Below are positions 38,924 to 51,999 of a stretch of 64,000 nt of DNA, one piece after another. This DNA comes from Callorhinchus milii (taxonomy: Eukaryota). Numbering within the stretch: position 1 is the stretch's first letter; the number at the start of each line of letters is the position of its first letter. The notes under the pieces are model-generated. The model saw nothing but the letters and a program-made list of their open reading frames with translations, searched no databases and was not told where the DNA came from. Position numbers and translations under genes: made by a program. The DNA is taken from the NCBI RefSeq assembly GCF_018977255.1, contig NW_024704743.1, positions 94,180,001-94,244,000 of the forward strand. Direction: 5' to 3'.

Positions 38924-39744
38924 TATATCCTGTGTAGTGCTTTGAGTTCGCCTGCCTGACGTGAAAGGCACAATATCAAATGCAAAGATTATTATCATAT
39001 TATAACAACCAATGTCAGCAGCAAGCCAGAAATCTACCGTTTCTAGCAGGTCACCAACCACTCCTCACCCACACACACATCCCTTCACGCTCCAGCAGTT
39101 CCCTATCTCTGTGATCTTCACTGACTCCTCTGGTCACCACTTTCTCTTTGCTAATATCAGTTTGCTGTGCGTCCCCTGCCCCCTCCACCCTGCTGTTGGT
39201 GACTGAGCCTTCAGCAACTCTTGCCCTCTACCCTTCCATTTCTCCCCCTCTGTCTTTAAATCCAAAATATCTGCATATTCGACCGTACCTGTGGTCACTT
39301 CCCCTTTGCTTGACATCTGACCTTGTCTTTATAAATTGTTCAACACACTATCCTGTCTGAAGGGCACTACATGAATGCAATTTGTCAGAGACACCATTGG
39401 AAGATACGTGGGTACTGTTTTTCTGGTTAGTACAGGTTTACAGTAAACCTGCGCTATAAATGAGGCAGCATTATATTGAAGGGTATTATAATGTAGTTCA
39501 ACTTAATTGAAGTCATAGCTGAATTTTTTTCACACTTAACACAGCTTAAATAGATTATGAGTAGCAGTGATATCCAGTGATTGAATTATGATCATTTTTA
39601 TTCTTCAAAATGTAATGGCCTGTTTTAAAGTTTGTTTTTACTGTGTGAACAGCAATGAAATATAGGTAAAGAATACAGAGTGCTTAACAGGGGAAAATAA
39701 TACGGACTCTGGTGACTCACACTCATAATATTGCTTACTGCGTG

Positions 39745-40160
39745 TCAGCTTAGCCCAGTGATAGCACTCTCGCCTCTGAATCAGAAGGTTGTGGGTTCAA
39801 ATCTCATGTACAGACATGGACTCACATGGTTTAAGATGACACTCCAATGCAGTGCCGGGTGTTTTGCCTTGTCAGAGGTACTGTCCTTCAGATGAGACAT
39901 TAAATCGAGGCCCCGTCTGCCTGTTCAGGTGGAAGTTAAAGAACCCATGACACTCATCAAAAAGAGCAGGAAGTTTCTCCCGGTGTCTGGCCAAATATCC
40001 CCCCAATAAAAAAATTGGTCATTTGTTTCACGGCTGTTTGTGGGACATTGCTGTGCACAATTGTGTTGCCGCGATTTCCTAAACACACAAAACTCCTTTT
40101 TACAGTAAACCGGTGAGACATGGCAATGAACCAAATGCAAGGATTATATAATAATAATTA
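39745..40160 (+). mobile_element. Old Deu-core SINE, near full length
   Basis: Head GCTTAGCCCAGTGATAGCACTCTCGCCTCTGAATCAGAAGGTTGTGGGTTCAAAT; core CAGATGAGACATTAAATCGAGGCCCCGTCTGCCTGTTCAGGTGG. Other copies at about 2590-2830(-), 7650-7830(-), 21010-21180(+), 27300-27415(-), 32480-32675(-), 34850-35005(-), 38460-38680(+), 43710-44010(-) and 60250-60495(-). Confidence 0.8.
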
Positions 40161-41998
40161 CTAAAATGCTTTCCTTGTTTGTTTAAAAAAAAACAAATAC
40201 AACTGAATCCTCTTTATTCCCAGCATTTTAGGAAACACGAAGAACACACTGGTTTCTATTACTCCTTTGAACATCATCCTTTTAAAACCATGCCTCCCTC
40301 CTTGGGACCTAATCCTATTATTAGACCAACCTGGGATTATTCCATTAAGTGAAAAAACTCAGCCATAAGACAATATTTAGATCACTCTATGCTAATGTTT
40401 TTGACAGAACAGACTTCTTTTAGTGAATAGGAAACAAATAACCTTTTAAGGGTGGGAGGTGCATGTATTTAAATGCATCAAAGACCTGTTTAATAGCAAC
40501 ATACGGCTTCTTCATACACTTAAAAACAATTGATCCTCTTGAACAAGATCTGTAAACACATCAGATAATCTTCAAAATAGCAAGAATTAAGCCAAATCTC
40601 CTGGGACAAATAAACCAACATAGATGCATATATGGAGCCAAATGGATTCATTTACGACATTTACGATAAGCTAATCATCGTGCTCTACCCTGAACCAGCT
40701 AATAGGTAGCAAAACCTCAAAATCTCTACAGGCCATCATTTGAACAGACTTAGCTCAGAATATATATACAGTAATTCAGAGTGCCTGACAATTTTTTAAC
40801 TTGAGAAATAATGCTGAAGAGTCAAGGCTCATTGTTCATTATAGTACCAAAATTGAATGAGTGAGAGAGAGGGCAAGATAGATCAAAAACCAGAGACCTG
40901 AACACCCTAAACTTGGATTTCAAATCTACGTATTATAGGAGGAAAGGAATACAGAGGGAAGTAACAAACTGCATAGTTTTCAGATCCTGGAAAATAATGA
41001 CCTATTGTAGGATGAATCAATGTGACAAAAGGATTTAGCAGAAGCTAGACCTTCAAATGAGAAAGATGGGAATAGAAGGGTACGGGAGAGTGTAAGGAAT
41101 GAGTGATGACTAATGTGAAGTATAAACGCCTGCACGGACTAGTTGGGCCAAGTGCCCTGTTTCCGTGCTATACATTCTTTGTAAACTTGATTTGCCAATT
41201 ATCGGCTCATGTGCATATCACACCAAGCTCTCTTTGTAGGACCTTCAGTACCTCTTCTGATTCCACACTTCCCATAACTTGGTGTTGTCTGCAAATTTAA
41301 GTGTCTTATACTTCTTTACTAAAAAATGTTTTAAAAAATAGTTTAAAATTTATATTTCTTTGCATTATATAGTACTACTGTAATTTGCAAATGTGTATCA
41401 AACATTAGCTGCTGCATGACATTCTGGATTATATCTAATTTTATTCTTTATTTATAGATCATCATTTCCATTATTTCACTGCGTTATTAATTTTACATTT
41501 TGTCTGCCATGTAAAGGTATGTTTATTGCCATGTAAACTGTCCTGTTGTTGCCATTTTAAAGATATGTGGAATGTTTTTCTCAGTTATCCTGGTTTATAT
41601 TCCCTTTCTAATCCACATTTAACCTCAAATTCAAATGAATTGGCATTGCTGGTGCAAATTCGCTAATATGCCTATATAACCTTCTCTTCAATTCTATCAG
41701 TTGTAGTTTGTAAAGCCCTTTTTTGAAAAGCCCTACGTAAATGCAAGTTATTAGTTATTATTAAAATATCTCGCCTCAAGTACGTAAGGCAGGCTTTTCA
41801 GGTTAAACCTTCAAAACCCTGTAATTCATCTCTAAATTATATATTCCAAATTTTAGAATAAACCTAGAAACAGAAAACATTTGTCAGTAATTCCTCCCTC
41901 TCCTATCCATCATCACAATTCCCACCATTCAGATCCTCACAATAGGTTCTTCCATCCTCGAACCTCTTGCACCTTCACTCCCAAGCCCACATCTTTTC

Positions 41999-42994
41999 TT
42001 CCAGGAATTTCCCATTCATGAGAGAGATGAGGAAATCCAGCTCCAGGCACAATCTGGAGTGGCCTTCCAGAACACAGAATCCTTCAAGAAATATTAGACG
42101 GGGCCGGGTGGTGGGGGTTGGAGGTGGAGACACAGAAAAGAGAAGCTCCAAGAAGGCAAAGCTTATTTTTTTTACGTGTTCCTTCCAAAGCAAAACTAAG
42201 TTCCTAACCTTTTGGTTCATAAAATTTGTGCTTAAAATGTTTCAATTTATTTACAGCTGACTTCATCCGATTTTTCGGCTGAATTGAAAAAACCCTCAAA
42301 ATTACCTTGAGTACACATAAGTCACAGGCACACCAGTCATTTAGGTCACTGCAGCAAATATATTTTGGCCAATTTTACTGAGTCTGGTATGAATTTCACA
42401 ATGGCTACTAAAAAGCTTGCTACTGTGTTGTCATGCTACGGTTGAGAGAAAAAGCACCCATGAATTAAACGTTTGCTCCAGGAAGTTCCCTGTACAGCGT
42501 GTTGCCTTGTAAGATTTCAGCTCTAATAAGAATTTGAGGCCAATATCAAGTCGCACAAGTCTGTGTGATCTAACAGGGGGCTGCCTGGAGAACTCTTTCT
42601 AGCAGCTACGCAACTGCGACGGAGGTAGTATGTTTTTTTTGTTGTGGATAAATGTACACAAAACTCAAAAATCCAGGGTTTGCTTTCGTCCTGTCCTGAA
42701 AAGTGGATTCCCTCTAGTAGGCGAGTAGTCATTATCACACCATTACTGCTCACCAAAAAAATGAACAGTACAAGTATAATGGTAATACAAACCTGGAGGT
42801 GTGCCATAGAGAGATTTCCTACAGAAGGTTGCGATCACATAAAACGGAAATCAAGAACATGCGCTGAAAAACAAAACTGCCGAGCCCTTTCCTTCTTGTT
42901 ACGCAAAGAGTTAAACTCCTGACCTAATCGGCCTACTCTCATTCAAGGAGAATGAACTTCAGTCTTCCTTGGCTAGAGGCCAGAACAGACGTCA
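41999..42994. promoter_or_regulatory. Candidate intronic enhancer (STAT/NF-kB, C/EBP and CRE-like motifs)
   Basis: No repeat recognised here and CpGs are retained. TTCCAGGAATTTCCC 41999-42013, CCAGGAAGTTCCC 42478-42490, TTACGCAA 42899-42906, AGACGTCA 42987-42994. Motif evidence only. Confidence 0.35.
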
Positions 42995-44019
42995 CTGAAT
43001 GACACCCTGGAACACTATGTTCTTGGCAAGTAGACAAAAATGTGTTTAAAAGTACAGGCGGGTGAAGAAGTCAATACAAGAAAGCATTTTAAAAAACAGT
43101 TTTAGGGAGAAAATAAAGATCGGATTAAGACTTCAAAAAGTGGGCAATATATAGTACAGTGAAACAAATCCACTAGTTATTTATTTTATTATTGTCAGTA
43201 CAAAGTATTATTGTAAACTGTTTAATTTGACCTACTCAAGTGCCCCTCCCTTGCCCTAAATCTCTCGTGACGGTGGACCTGGAAATTCCAGTATGATAGT
43301 AAGATTTAGAAGAGGGAGTGATCAACCACAAATCCAGAAACAATCAATGAGTCATTGCTCAGCAAATATGACAGCAGATCACGCTACCTTCACATTCAGG
43401 TGAAACAATGTATAAACAGCACAAAATATATAACGTGCAGAGTAAATATTAGTCAGCAGTCATAAAACAGTCATAAAAAGTTTGCTCACTCCCCAAATGT
43501 CCCATTATAGAAGCAATCCATCAGGTCAGGGGTCATAGTTCAATTTTCGGTCTACAATGATTTGGATGGATGACGTCAGCCAAAGCAGTAGTTAAAGATT
43601 GTGTATTTGGCCTCAGCATTGCTGAGCTAGAGAAAGAGAAAAGGTCTAGGTCAGAATTCCCACTCCTGATTACTATTCAGTATAGGATAAAGTGCAGTGT
43701 ATTGTGTATTTTGTAGGTGAAAAGGACAGCTAATTTTCACACAGCAATGTCCCACAAACACCCATAAAGTGAATGACCAATTGTACGTGGCAGTTGTTGG
43801 CCGGGACACCAGGAGAAACCCCTTCTATTTTTTGAATAGTGCATGGAATCGTTAATGTTCATCTGAATAAGCAAACAGGACTTGTTTTAATGTCTCATCC
43901 GAATTGCATCTCTAAAATGCAGCATTCCCCCAGCACTGCACTGGAGTGTCAGCCTGGACAAGACTTGACATGGGGTTTGAACCTAGAACCTTCTGAACCA
44001 GAAGCAAAAGTGCTATTTT

Positions 44020-44540
44020 TATGTGGATGACACCCTAATTTATTTCCACTCTCGATTCCAGGTCCACTGATGTTCTGTCGGCTATCAAGGCCTGGATGAG
44101 CTGAAATTTCTGACAAGTAGACATGGAAGCCATCCTCCATTGCTCCTGCCAACATGTTCTCACTTCCTCAACCTCCCTGTTTTCTCGCCAACTCACTGAA
44201 TCAGTCCGCAGCAGAGCCATCCGGTTCAATCCTCAGCTCTCTTTTCTCACTCACGTCTTGTCTCTGATGAATACAGATTTTCTTGATGTCAACCACACCA
44301 CCCACCTTTGGCCCTGCCTCACCAAATACTGCCAAAACTCCATGCCTTTGTCACCTCCAAGTCTGTCATCATTCCCTCAGCTCAGCTACCTCGGGTTGAC
44401 AGCACATTGTTATCGCCCTTACCACCGAGGCCGAGCTTTCTGATTCTCTGCACCCCTCTTCCTCTTCTTCTCTGTTGCCTCCTCTATATCTGTCTTCATG
44501 TTCCCAAATCAATTTTTTTAAAAATCTACCTCCCAAGGCT
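44020..44540 (+). mobile_element. Highly degenerate L2 fragment
   Basis: IKAWMS.NF and HAFVTS-like remnants. Confidence 0.65.
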
Positions 44541-45523
44541 CAATTGGCAATACAGAAGCAAAAATTAAGGGAGAGGGAGTGGATTTGGAGTGAGTACCCT
44601 CAAATAGTATTACCCTAATTTATTTTAAAAACAAGCAAATGTACAACAAATACATTAACAATTTCATCCACTTTCTCTGCTAATATTCTCACATGGCGAT
44701 CTGCCTGACTGATGCAGATCATGTTTATAAAAAAAATCTATTTCTTTCTCTTCTTCTATAGGCGCAATGATCCTGCCATGGAATGTTGCTGCATATTCAG
44801 CACACACCAAGTTTGACTTTTCCCTTTTGAGGCCCAGCAAAGTACCTAACTGTTCTCATTGTACATTAGGATGTTAGTGATATTTTCACTGGACAGTAAA
44901 GACAAATCAAATCTTCCTGCAGAGATCACTAACAGCAATCCATGCACGTTTCACTGTCGAAAGTGCTTTGAAAACACAAACAATAAACAGCATTTCACCC
45001 ACCGACACAGCGGTGTGCATTATAAAAGAAACTCTATATTTTCTGTTCCGAATTGACTGAACTATATAAAACTGGAAGAATAGAAAAACATTCTTTTGTA
45101 AACACCGTCCATTATCAGCCTCGGACGATGCACAGATTTCGAAAACTATGTTTTTATAAATTTGGGTGACCAAGCCAGTTTTATGTTGTTAGAAATTCTG
45201 GCAAATGCTCCAAAAACTGTTTCAGTTATGGCAAGGAACTGAAGGCTGCCAGCAGCCACTTGATTTGGCTACTGCTTTCTCTATTCTGCTTGTGAGACTG
45301 ATAGCAGGCAAAACTAAATGTACAGAGATACTGACAGCAGGTCTTAGAGGAAAGTACTTCTTGTAATATTAGTTTCCTGACAATTCTAAGCTACATGGGC
45401 AAGTAAATAAATATAAATAAAATTCAGGAAGTTCTGGACCAATTAAGCAGATGGGCCAAGGAGTGGTGGATGGATTTACTGGAACAAGAACGTGTGCACA
45501 GTGAACAGGTGTTCATTAGTAGA

Positions 45524-45630
45524 CTCAGTTCTGACAAAGGGCCATGGATCCGAAACGTTGACTCACTTTCCTTTCTCCATAGATGCTGCCTGACCTGCTG
45601 AGTGTTCCCAGCGATTTCTGTTTTTGTTTC
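45524..45630 (+). mobile_element. Penelope-like mini-element, copy 3
   Basis: 12 bp TSD TTCATTAGTAGA (45512-45523 and 45628-45639; the first 3 nt overlap the element end). Reads AGTT-CTGACAA-A-GGGCC-ATG-GATCC-GAAA-CGTT-GACT, then the shared tail. Confidence 0.82.
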
Positions 45631-46949
45631 ATTAGTAGAGGTGGTAAGGGAAAAGGATTTGGGCGAGATTATAAATAATTCCTGTAAATTTCCAGGCAAC
45701 TTGAAACTGTTGTCAACAAAGCTAATCAAACACCCGCTTAATTCTTGAGGGCTGCTACAAATTTGAATGGACTTTCAGAACTTCCTTTACATGAATGAGT
45801 TTGTACAAGTCACATTTGCATAGTTTTCTGAGATCTTGAAATGTTCCATTCCAGCCCTCTCCTTTAGGTTGAGTTGTCTCTCAGAACCCAACCTATCATC
45901 TACAGATTTATCCTAAACTGCTTGTACTCTTCCAGTTTGTTTCGGAAGAGTTTTTCAAACCAACCTAGGTTTATTTACACAATATAACAATTAAACAGAA
46001 ACAGTGACAAGAATACATAGCACAAAACATTTTAGACGCAAAAAACTAAGTCTTCAAAGATTTTACCAATCTAAGTTTTCAAAGACATTGCAAAGCAAAG
46101 TTTCAGTCAGTTCAAAAGAGTAGATGTTCTTCAAGATGATAGATCACGAAAACGGGATTAAGCCCAATATGCGAAGTCTACAATCTATGCTAATATTCTG
46201 ATTCCCTTTACCTGCCTTTTGCTAATATTCCTTACATTTCAAGTATCTGTGTTTCCATTTCTCTGTCAAATGCCTCTGACAAACTATGTTTTGGCTTAAG
46301 CCCCTAGCTTAGTACTTTCTGAAATGCAAGGATCACACCTGAACCCTGGTCATCTGGTCATACCTATACAATACAAAATTACATTTGTATGGCGTCTTTC
46401 ACGTCAGGAGGATGTCCCAAGGCACTGGAAATAAGCAGCAGCACATTGTAATGTAAATACACCTATGTAATAATTGGACCTTAAGCAGGGTTTCTTATTA
46501 ACCCTTTATAGATCTGTCAGTCCCAAATCCCTCACATTGTATGAAGAGCATTTTATATATCCTTAACATAGCCACATTTGAAATATTGTGTGCAGTTTTG
46601 AATAAACTAATGTCAAAAGAACACAGAAGCATTGAAAGGGGCACATGGATAATTCTGGGGCAAAAAGTGTTTTGAACAGAGGAGACTTTCAGAGCTCAAT
46701 TGGTTCTCATTTGAAAAAAAAGATTTAAAGAACTTAGTCCAGGTCTTTAAATTTATGAGAAGTACAGCTGTTGTGATTAAAAACACGTTACTTGTCTTCC
46801 AAGAAAGAACTAGACAGCACAGGTCACAGGCTGAGCTGCCGCTCGGCGTGGAGGGCGCTATATAAATGTAAGTTGTTGTTATTTACAACTAGAAGACCTC
46901 AAGCAAAAATAGAAATTAGAAGATTTTCCTCCTCTCTCTATCCTCAACT

Positions 46950-47095
46950 AAAGAAGTGGATATCCCCCCGCCACCACTCAAAATAGTGGATATCTCCTCC
47001 CACAACCCCAAAATAGCGTATATGTCTTCTCCCCTCACCTCAAGTAATGAATATTGTTTCCTCTCCACCTCAAGTAGTAGATAACTCTCCACTAC
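46950..47095 (+). repeat. Degenerate tandem repeat, about 30 bp x 5
   Basis: Recurrent AA(A/G)TAGTGGATAT..C-rich..CCTC units. Confidence 0.7.
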
Positions 47096-48961
47096 CTGTC
47101 CCCTAAAATACCAAAAAAGGTGTAAAGTATTATACTTCTTTCTTTACCTTTTATATGTAGAAATATTGTACAACTTTGAAACATTTACTGCCACCTTTAT
47201 TCTGTCACCTCAACAACAAATTTAGAGGACAGGATAGATTTTCATAACAACAAATTACATTTGTATAGCGCCTTTTACGATTTCACATCGGGAGGATGGC
47301 CCAAGGTGCTGAAACGCCATCAAACTAAATCTAAATAATAATTACACAATAGCTGTACCTAAATCTAGTACATACTTTCTATATTAGAAATCATCACAGA
47401 AAGATCAGAGGCACATTAACTCGTGTCTGCCCCCACCACACACAACGTAGGTTCCTGTGAAGCATTTTTGCAGAGGATCTCTCCAGTGAGAAACTAGGCA
47501 CGGTATCGATCTAGTCTGACAAAGAGATTTTGAGTCCTTCATGTCACAAATAATATAAACTTTTGCATACAATTTAGGCATTATGATCATTCTGTGGGAG
47601 CAAATAACTTCCCTCTTCATGTAACTAACATATTTTCAAGTAGATAAATAGTAATGCAGTTTACGGTGTTCCAGATTGAATCCCAACCCACTCTTCAAAT
47701 TCTACCCAATGATAATTGTAAAGAACAGTCTGCTCATTTTTTGAACCCCTCAGTGTTCGTTGGTTGCCGTTCACATATGGTCATGAAAAAGATGGCACAG
47801 TTCTCAAAATATGGTATGGTCTCTGAATAGGAATTTTTACTATAAGTTTTACATTTATTTTATTGCAGAATAAACATTTTTCTCTTGCTGGGTCACATAA
47901 GGGGACTGACATGTGATCTATTGAAAGGCTGCTAGCAAGACTCTTAAACTCGTCATGAAGGTGTGCGATAGTGACTCACCTACCCCTCCCTCAGTTTAGT
48001 TTCCTTTCTTTCCAGGTGGAACTAAATTGCCACTTCTCTGCTGTGCCTCACCTGCCATTGTCATGGATTTTCCACCTACGGAGCTGATTTACTAGTTCTA
48101 TCTTCAGAACTCCACTTTGCACATAGGGCAGAAGAAACGTCCAGCCCACTTACATCCATAAATACATTTCCGTGCCACTCCTTATCTGAAGTGCCACTCC
48201 TCAGCTGGCAACCTATAACCTAATTATGACTTCAGCACTAAACGTGATAACTAAATCACTAGCTATAAGATACGTCTGGCACAATTTCAAAAAAGATTTT
48301 GGATAGATTTTAACATAATCTCCAGACAAGCAACATTTACACAGCCATTTTCCACTACAGATTAAAGTTACAAACTTCAATCGGATAACACATAACCGTT
48401 GTGAAGATCCAGCAAAGTTCCAGTTTTACTCTTCCAAAAGGAAACCTCTCCATTTTGTAACAACCCAATATAATGTCGAGTTTACCTATGGAGACAATGT
48501 TGGGATTGAGAGGTATAGGATTTTGAGTGTTGTTTGGCATTTTTGGAATTGTGGGAGCAGTCAGATGAAGTATAGTACTCACTGCTTCCGGCACCATAGC
48601 GTGCAGGCACAAAGGGCCTCCTAACGTCCTATCACTGGAAATGCTCACAAGAACTTCCTTCACAATGCGGGCACATGCGGTTTGGTGATGTTATTGGTAA
48701 TATCATCAACGACCCGATAAGGAAGTGCTGACCAGCATCTGCTATATAACGTAACCCATTAAAATGCATGAGCTGTTTTTATAGACCCAAACCATCGCAG
48801 TACAACAAAAGTCCATCTGTAAACTGTGTAAAGAGTATCTTGTCCATTTCTTCATTGGGTTACCTTTCAATAACAAACACAACACAACATAATGAAGCTT
48901 CTAGAAAAAACTTCTGCTTTTCCATTTGAAAGTAGTCCATATGACTAACTTCCTTGTGGTG

Positions 48962-48983
48962 CTGCAGTGCCCTCTAGTGGTTC
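48962..48983 (-). promoter_or_regulatory. Consensus CTCF binding motif
   Basis: Minus strand reads CCACTAGAGGGCAC (48967-48980), fitting the core CCASYAGRKGGCRS; not in a recognised repeat. Confidence 0.6.
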
Positions 48984-49229
48984 CTATACCACAATTTACA
49001 AAATGTTCAAATATCCTCCAATATCTCCCGAATTAAAGTTGTGTTAGATCATCGGTCTGTTCTCAATGTTCATATATATGATATATGAGGGAAGATATGA
49101 CTGAAAGCATAATCAAAGATGATGAATGCTGTAGGTCATCACAATATGATCAACCAAGTTCCCTTCACTCTTAAAATACTCAATACTCCAGTGCACGTTC
49201 AAGCCACACAAGGTTTTTTTTTGTGTTAT

Positions 49230-49720
49230 CCTGACTCAGTCTGTAGCGCTCTTGCCTCTAAATCAGAATGTTACAGGTACAAACTGCAGGTCAGGACTTG
49301 AACTCCATAGTCCAAGCTGACACACCATGCAGTGCTGGGAGATGTTGCATTGTTGGAGGTGCTGCCCTTCAGATGAGACGTTAAATCTAGGTCCCATCTG
49401 AAAATAAAAACAGAAGTCGCTGGGACTACTCACCAGGTCTATGGAAAAAGGAAAATGAGTCACCGTTTCGGGTCCATGACCCTTCATCAGAATCTGTCTG
49501 CTCAGATGGATGTTAACGATCCCCATGGCACTACTTGAGAAGAGTAGGCGCTTTACCCCAGTGTCCAGGCCAATAATCTCCCAAATAAAATTGGTCAATC
49601 ACCCCATGGGCTGCCCAGTTTGCCTCCAAAATACACAGATACTCCACTTCACAGTAAAATCCTGTAAAGCAACTTGAACATCCTCTCAATGTGAATGAAA
49701 TGTGCAAAATAAATGTAAAT
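49230..49720 (+). mobile_element. Old Deu-core SINE interrupted by the Penelope-like mini-element
   Basis: The core is split at CCCATCTG and resumes at TCTGCTCAGATGG. Confidence 0.8.
49401..49491 (-). mobile_element. Penelope-like mini-element, copy 4
   Basis: 5 bp TSD ATCTG (49396-49400 and 49492-49496). Minus strand reads CTGATGA-A-GGGTC-ATG-GACCC-GAAA-CGGT-GACTC (perfect stem II, mutated cleavage site); small internal deletion. Confidence 0.82.
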
Positions 49721-50103
49721 TTGTATGGTTTTATACCCTGGGTGTGATGCCACCTAGTAGCCGGAAAAGCATACCGAATAGCAATCAATAAGAGTACAAA
49801 ATATATATATTTTTTGCAACTTGCATTTATGTCGCTCTGTAGCTCTCGTCTGAATGTTTCACAGACAGTGGTGCCTGTAGGCACAGTCGAAAAAATAGGT
49901 TTTTAGGCGGCATTTAAAGTCAGTTGGAAAGGGAAGCAAAACAGAGGTTCAACGGAGGGAGTTTCAAAGGTTGGGACATAGTTGTTGAAGGCTCAGACAA
50001 CAATGAGAGCATAACGGGATGTGAAGTAAACTGAATGTAGCAGTAAGCGAGTTGAGTGAGCTGGAGTTGGATCCATTGCAGAGACTCACAAATAAACCGA
50101 CAA

Positions 50104-50105
<2 letters not shown>

Positions 50106-50138
<33 letters not shown>
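50106..50138 (+). repeat. (CA)n microsatellite, about 16 units
   Basis: Direct reading. Confidence 0.95.
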
Positions 50139-50142
<4 letters not shown>

Positions 50143-51103
50143 CTTCAACAAAGCCTGTCCATGGTGTACATACGAGAACACGCCTCAGTTAAGATCCCCA
50201 AAGAATATTCTCACCTGCCACCTATGAGCACAATGTGGTTAACATTACTGTGTAGCAGCATTTGAAAACATTAAACAAACAGAAATGAGAAACAGATAGA
50301 TTTAATTGCAAGGTTTTTTGTATGTGGAGGAAACTGATAAGCAAAATAGGGTAAAGGCCACTTCAGTTCTGAACCAGTTGCTCTTTATACAAACTGAAAA
50401 TTCCCAAAGCTTATGAGCAAAGTTGGTAAATGCATTATAGGTAATGTAAATAAAGTGCTTTAAACAGTATCTGCACCATTGTTTTCAAAAATGCATTTTT
50501 AATGTCAATAAGATTTAAACGGCTACTTATCACAGAACAGCAGGCACTGCAACTTTTCACAGCTTACTTAATGTGTGATATCTAACATTTCTGCTAAAGA
50601 GTAGCCTCTGCACAAAAGTGGTGTCTGTACTTGCGTAACCAACTGGAGATTAGAGTTTCTGTTGTCTCTGGAGAACCACTGCATCAATTTCTCACTGAAT
50701 GCAATCATTTACGTTAATTAATTAGTGAGTGCCACACAACACTGAAAACATGCTGGATTCCCAAGTGCTAGCATCTTAGTAGAAACATTTCAAGTCTTAA
50801 AACCAGTATAATAATCATTCAGAAATAAGACAACTTCGTTTTCAGAGTGACTCAATCTTACAATTCTCTGAAAATCTGAGAAGAGTTTATATTTTAACTA
50901 CAGTACTTGTTTTTTTCACAAATGCATTACCTAACAGGATCCCTACCCTATTATGTTTACAGAAATTGTACTCGCCAAACCTTGACAGTTGTAGACGTTA
51001 ACATTTTCTGCACACCAAAACTCAGATAACAGTAATAATAATCCATACAATTTTGACACAGCGCTTTTCACATCAGCAGTATGTCTCAAAGAACCTCACA
51101 GGA

Positions 51104-51250
51104 TACAGTAAAACTCGCATAAGTCACATCAGTTGGGACCATAACAGTTAATATGATTGACGCGATGTTCGAGTTACAGGCAAACTTGCATTAATCGTAT
51201 ACAATCTAATTTAATCAATAATCTACGCTGCGCATGCGTAAATCAATGCA
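51104..51250 (+). mobile_element. Tc1/mariner-Tigger-like DNA transposon end (related end at about 35310-35380 on the minus strand)
   Basis: TA-CAGTAAAACTCGCATAAGTCACATCAGTTGGGACCATA aligns with the reverse complement TA-CAGTAAACCTCCCATAAGTCGTATCAGTTAGCACCATA. TA plus CAGT termini are typical of pogo/Tigger. Confidence 0.55.
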
Positions 51251-51999
51251 GCTGGCAAGTGTGCAAGCGGCAATTGGTCACTGCAGCAGGTAAATCTGCA
51301 TGTGGTGACGAAAACAACAACAAATTACACTTGCATAGCTCCCTTCATGTCGGAAAGATTGAAAAGGCAAGATTGAAGAGGAAAATTTTTAAGGTGGGAT
51401 TTGAAGAAAGACAGAGAGGGCACAATTAGAGGGATAGTGGCAAAGTTCCAGAGATCGAAGCATAATGACTGAATGCTCGTCACTGATGGTGGTATGAGAG
51501 GGCAGGGGACACGAGCCTGTATTAGCCATGGTTAGGGGACAAATTATTATTTACTGATTGTTCCAGAACATTGACTGAAACTTGTTTAAGCTATAGCTTC
51601 AAGCTACATTTCAACCTTCAGCTGAACTACATCAACAGCCAAGTTAAAATAAAGACTAACACAGAGTTAATTATGCAGCCTCATCTGATTTCAGAATACA
51701 AAATGTCAGTTGCTTGGTCATTGGTTGGGCTGCAGAGCTGAAGATTTGCATCAGTCTGTTATAAAAACCCGAGTGAGAATATTCTGGCATTTTCTACTGA
51801 TTTTGTCAAGTCAATAAATACTAGATAATTGAATATTTCTCAAAGGATACACTGGCAGAACGTTGGAAACCCCAGACACTGCTTTCAGTTCAGGTCAACC
51901 TGACCCAAACAGAACGCATTCTCCGCAGAGTGTTAGAGTGTTCCAAATACAGTTCTGGCCACTCGGTTCTCCAGCCTGAATATTCAACAGCAGAATATG

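Noticed and set aside
48355..48860. Possible cryptic exon or coding fossil in non-repeat DNA
   Set aside because: All minus-strand frames after the candidate acceptor hit stops; no recognisable motif.
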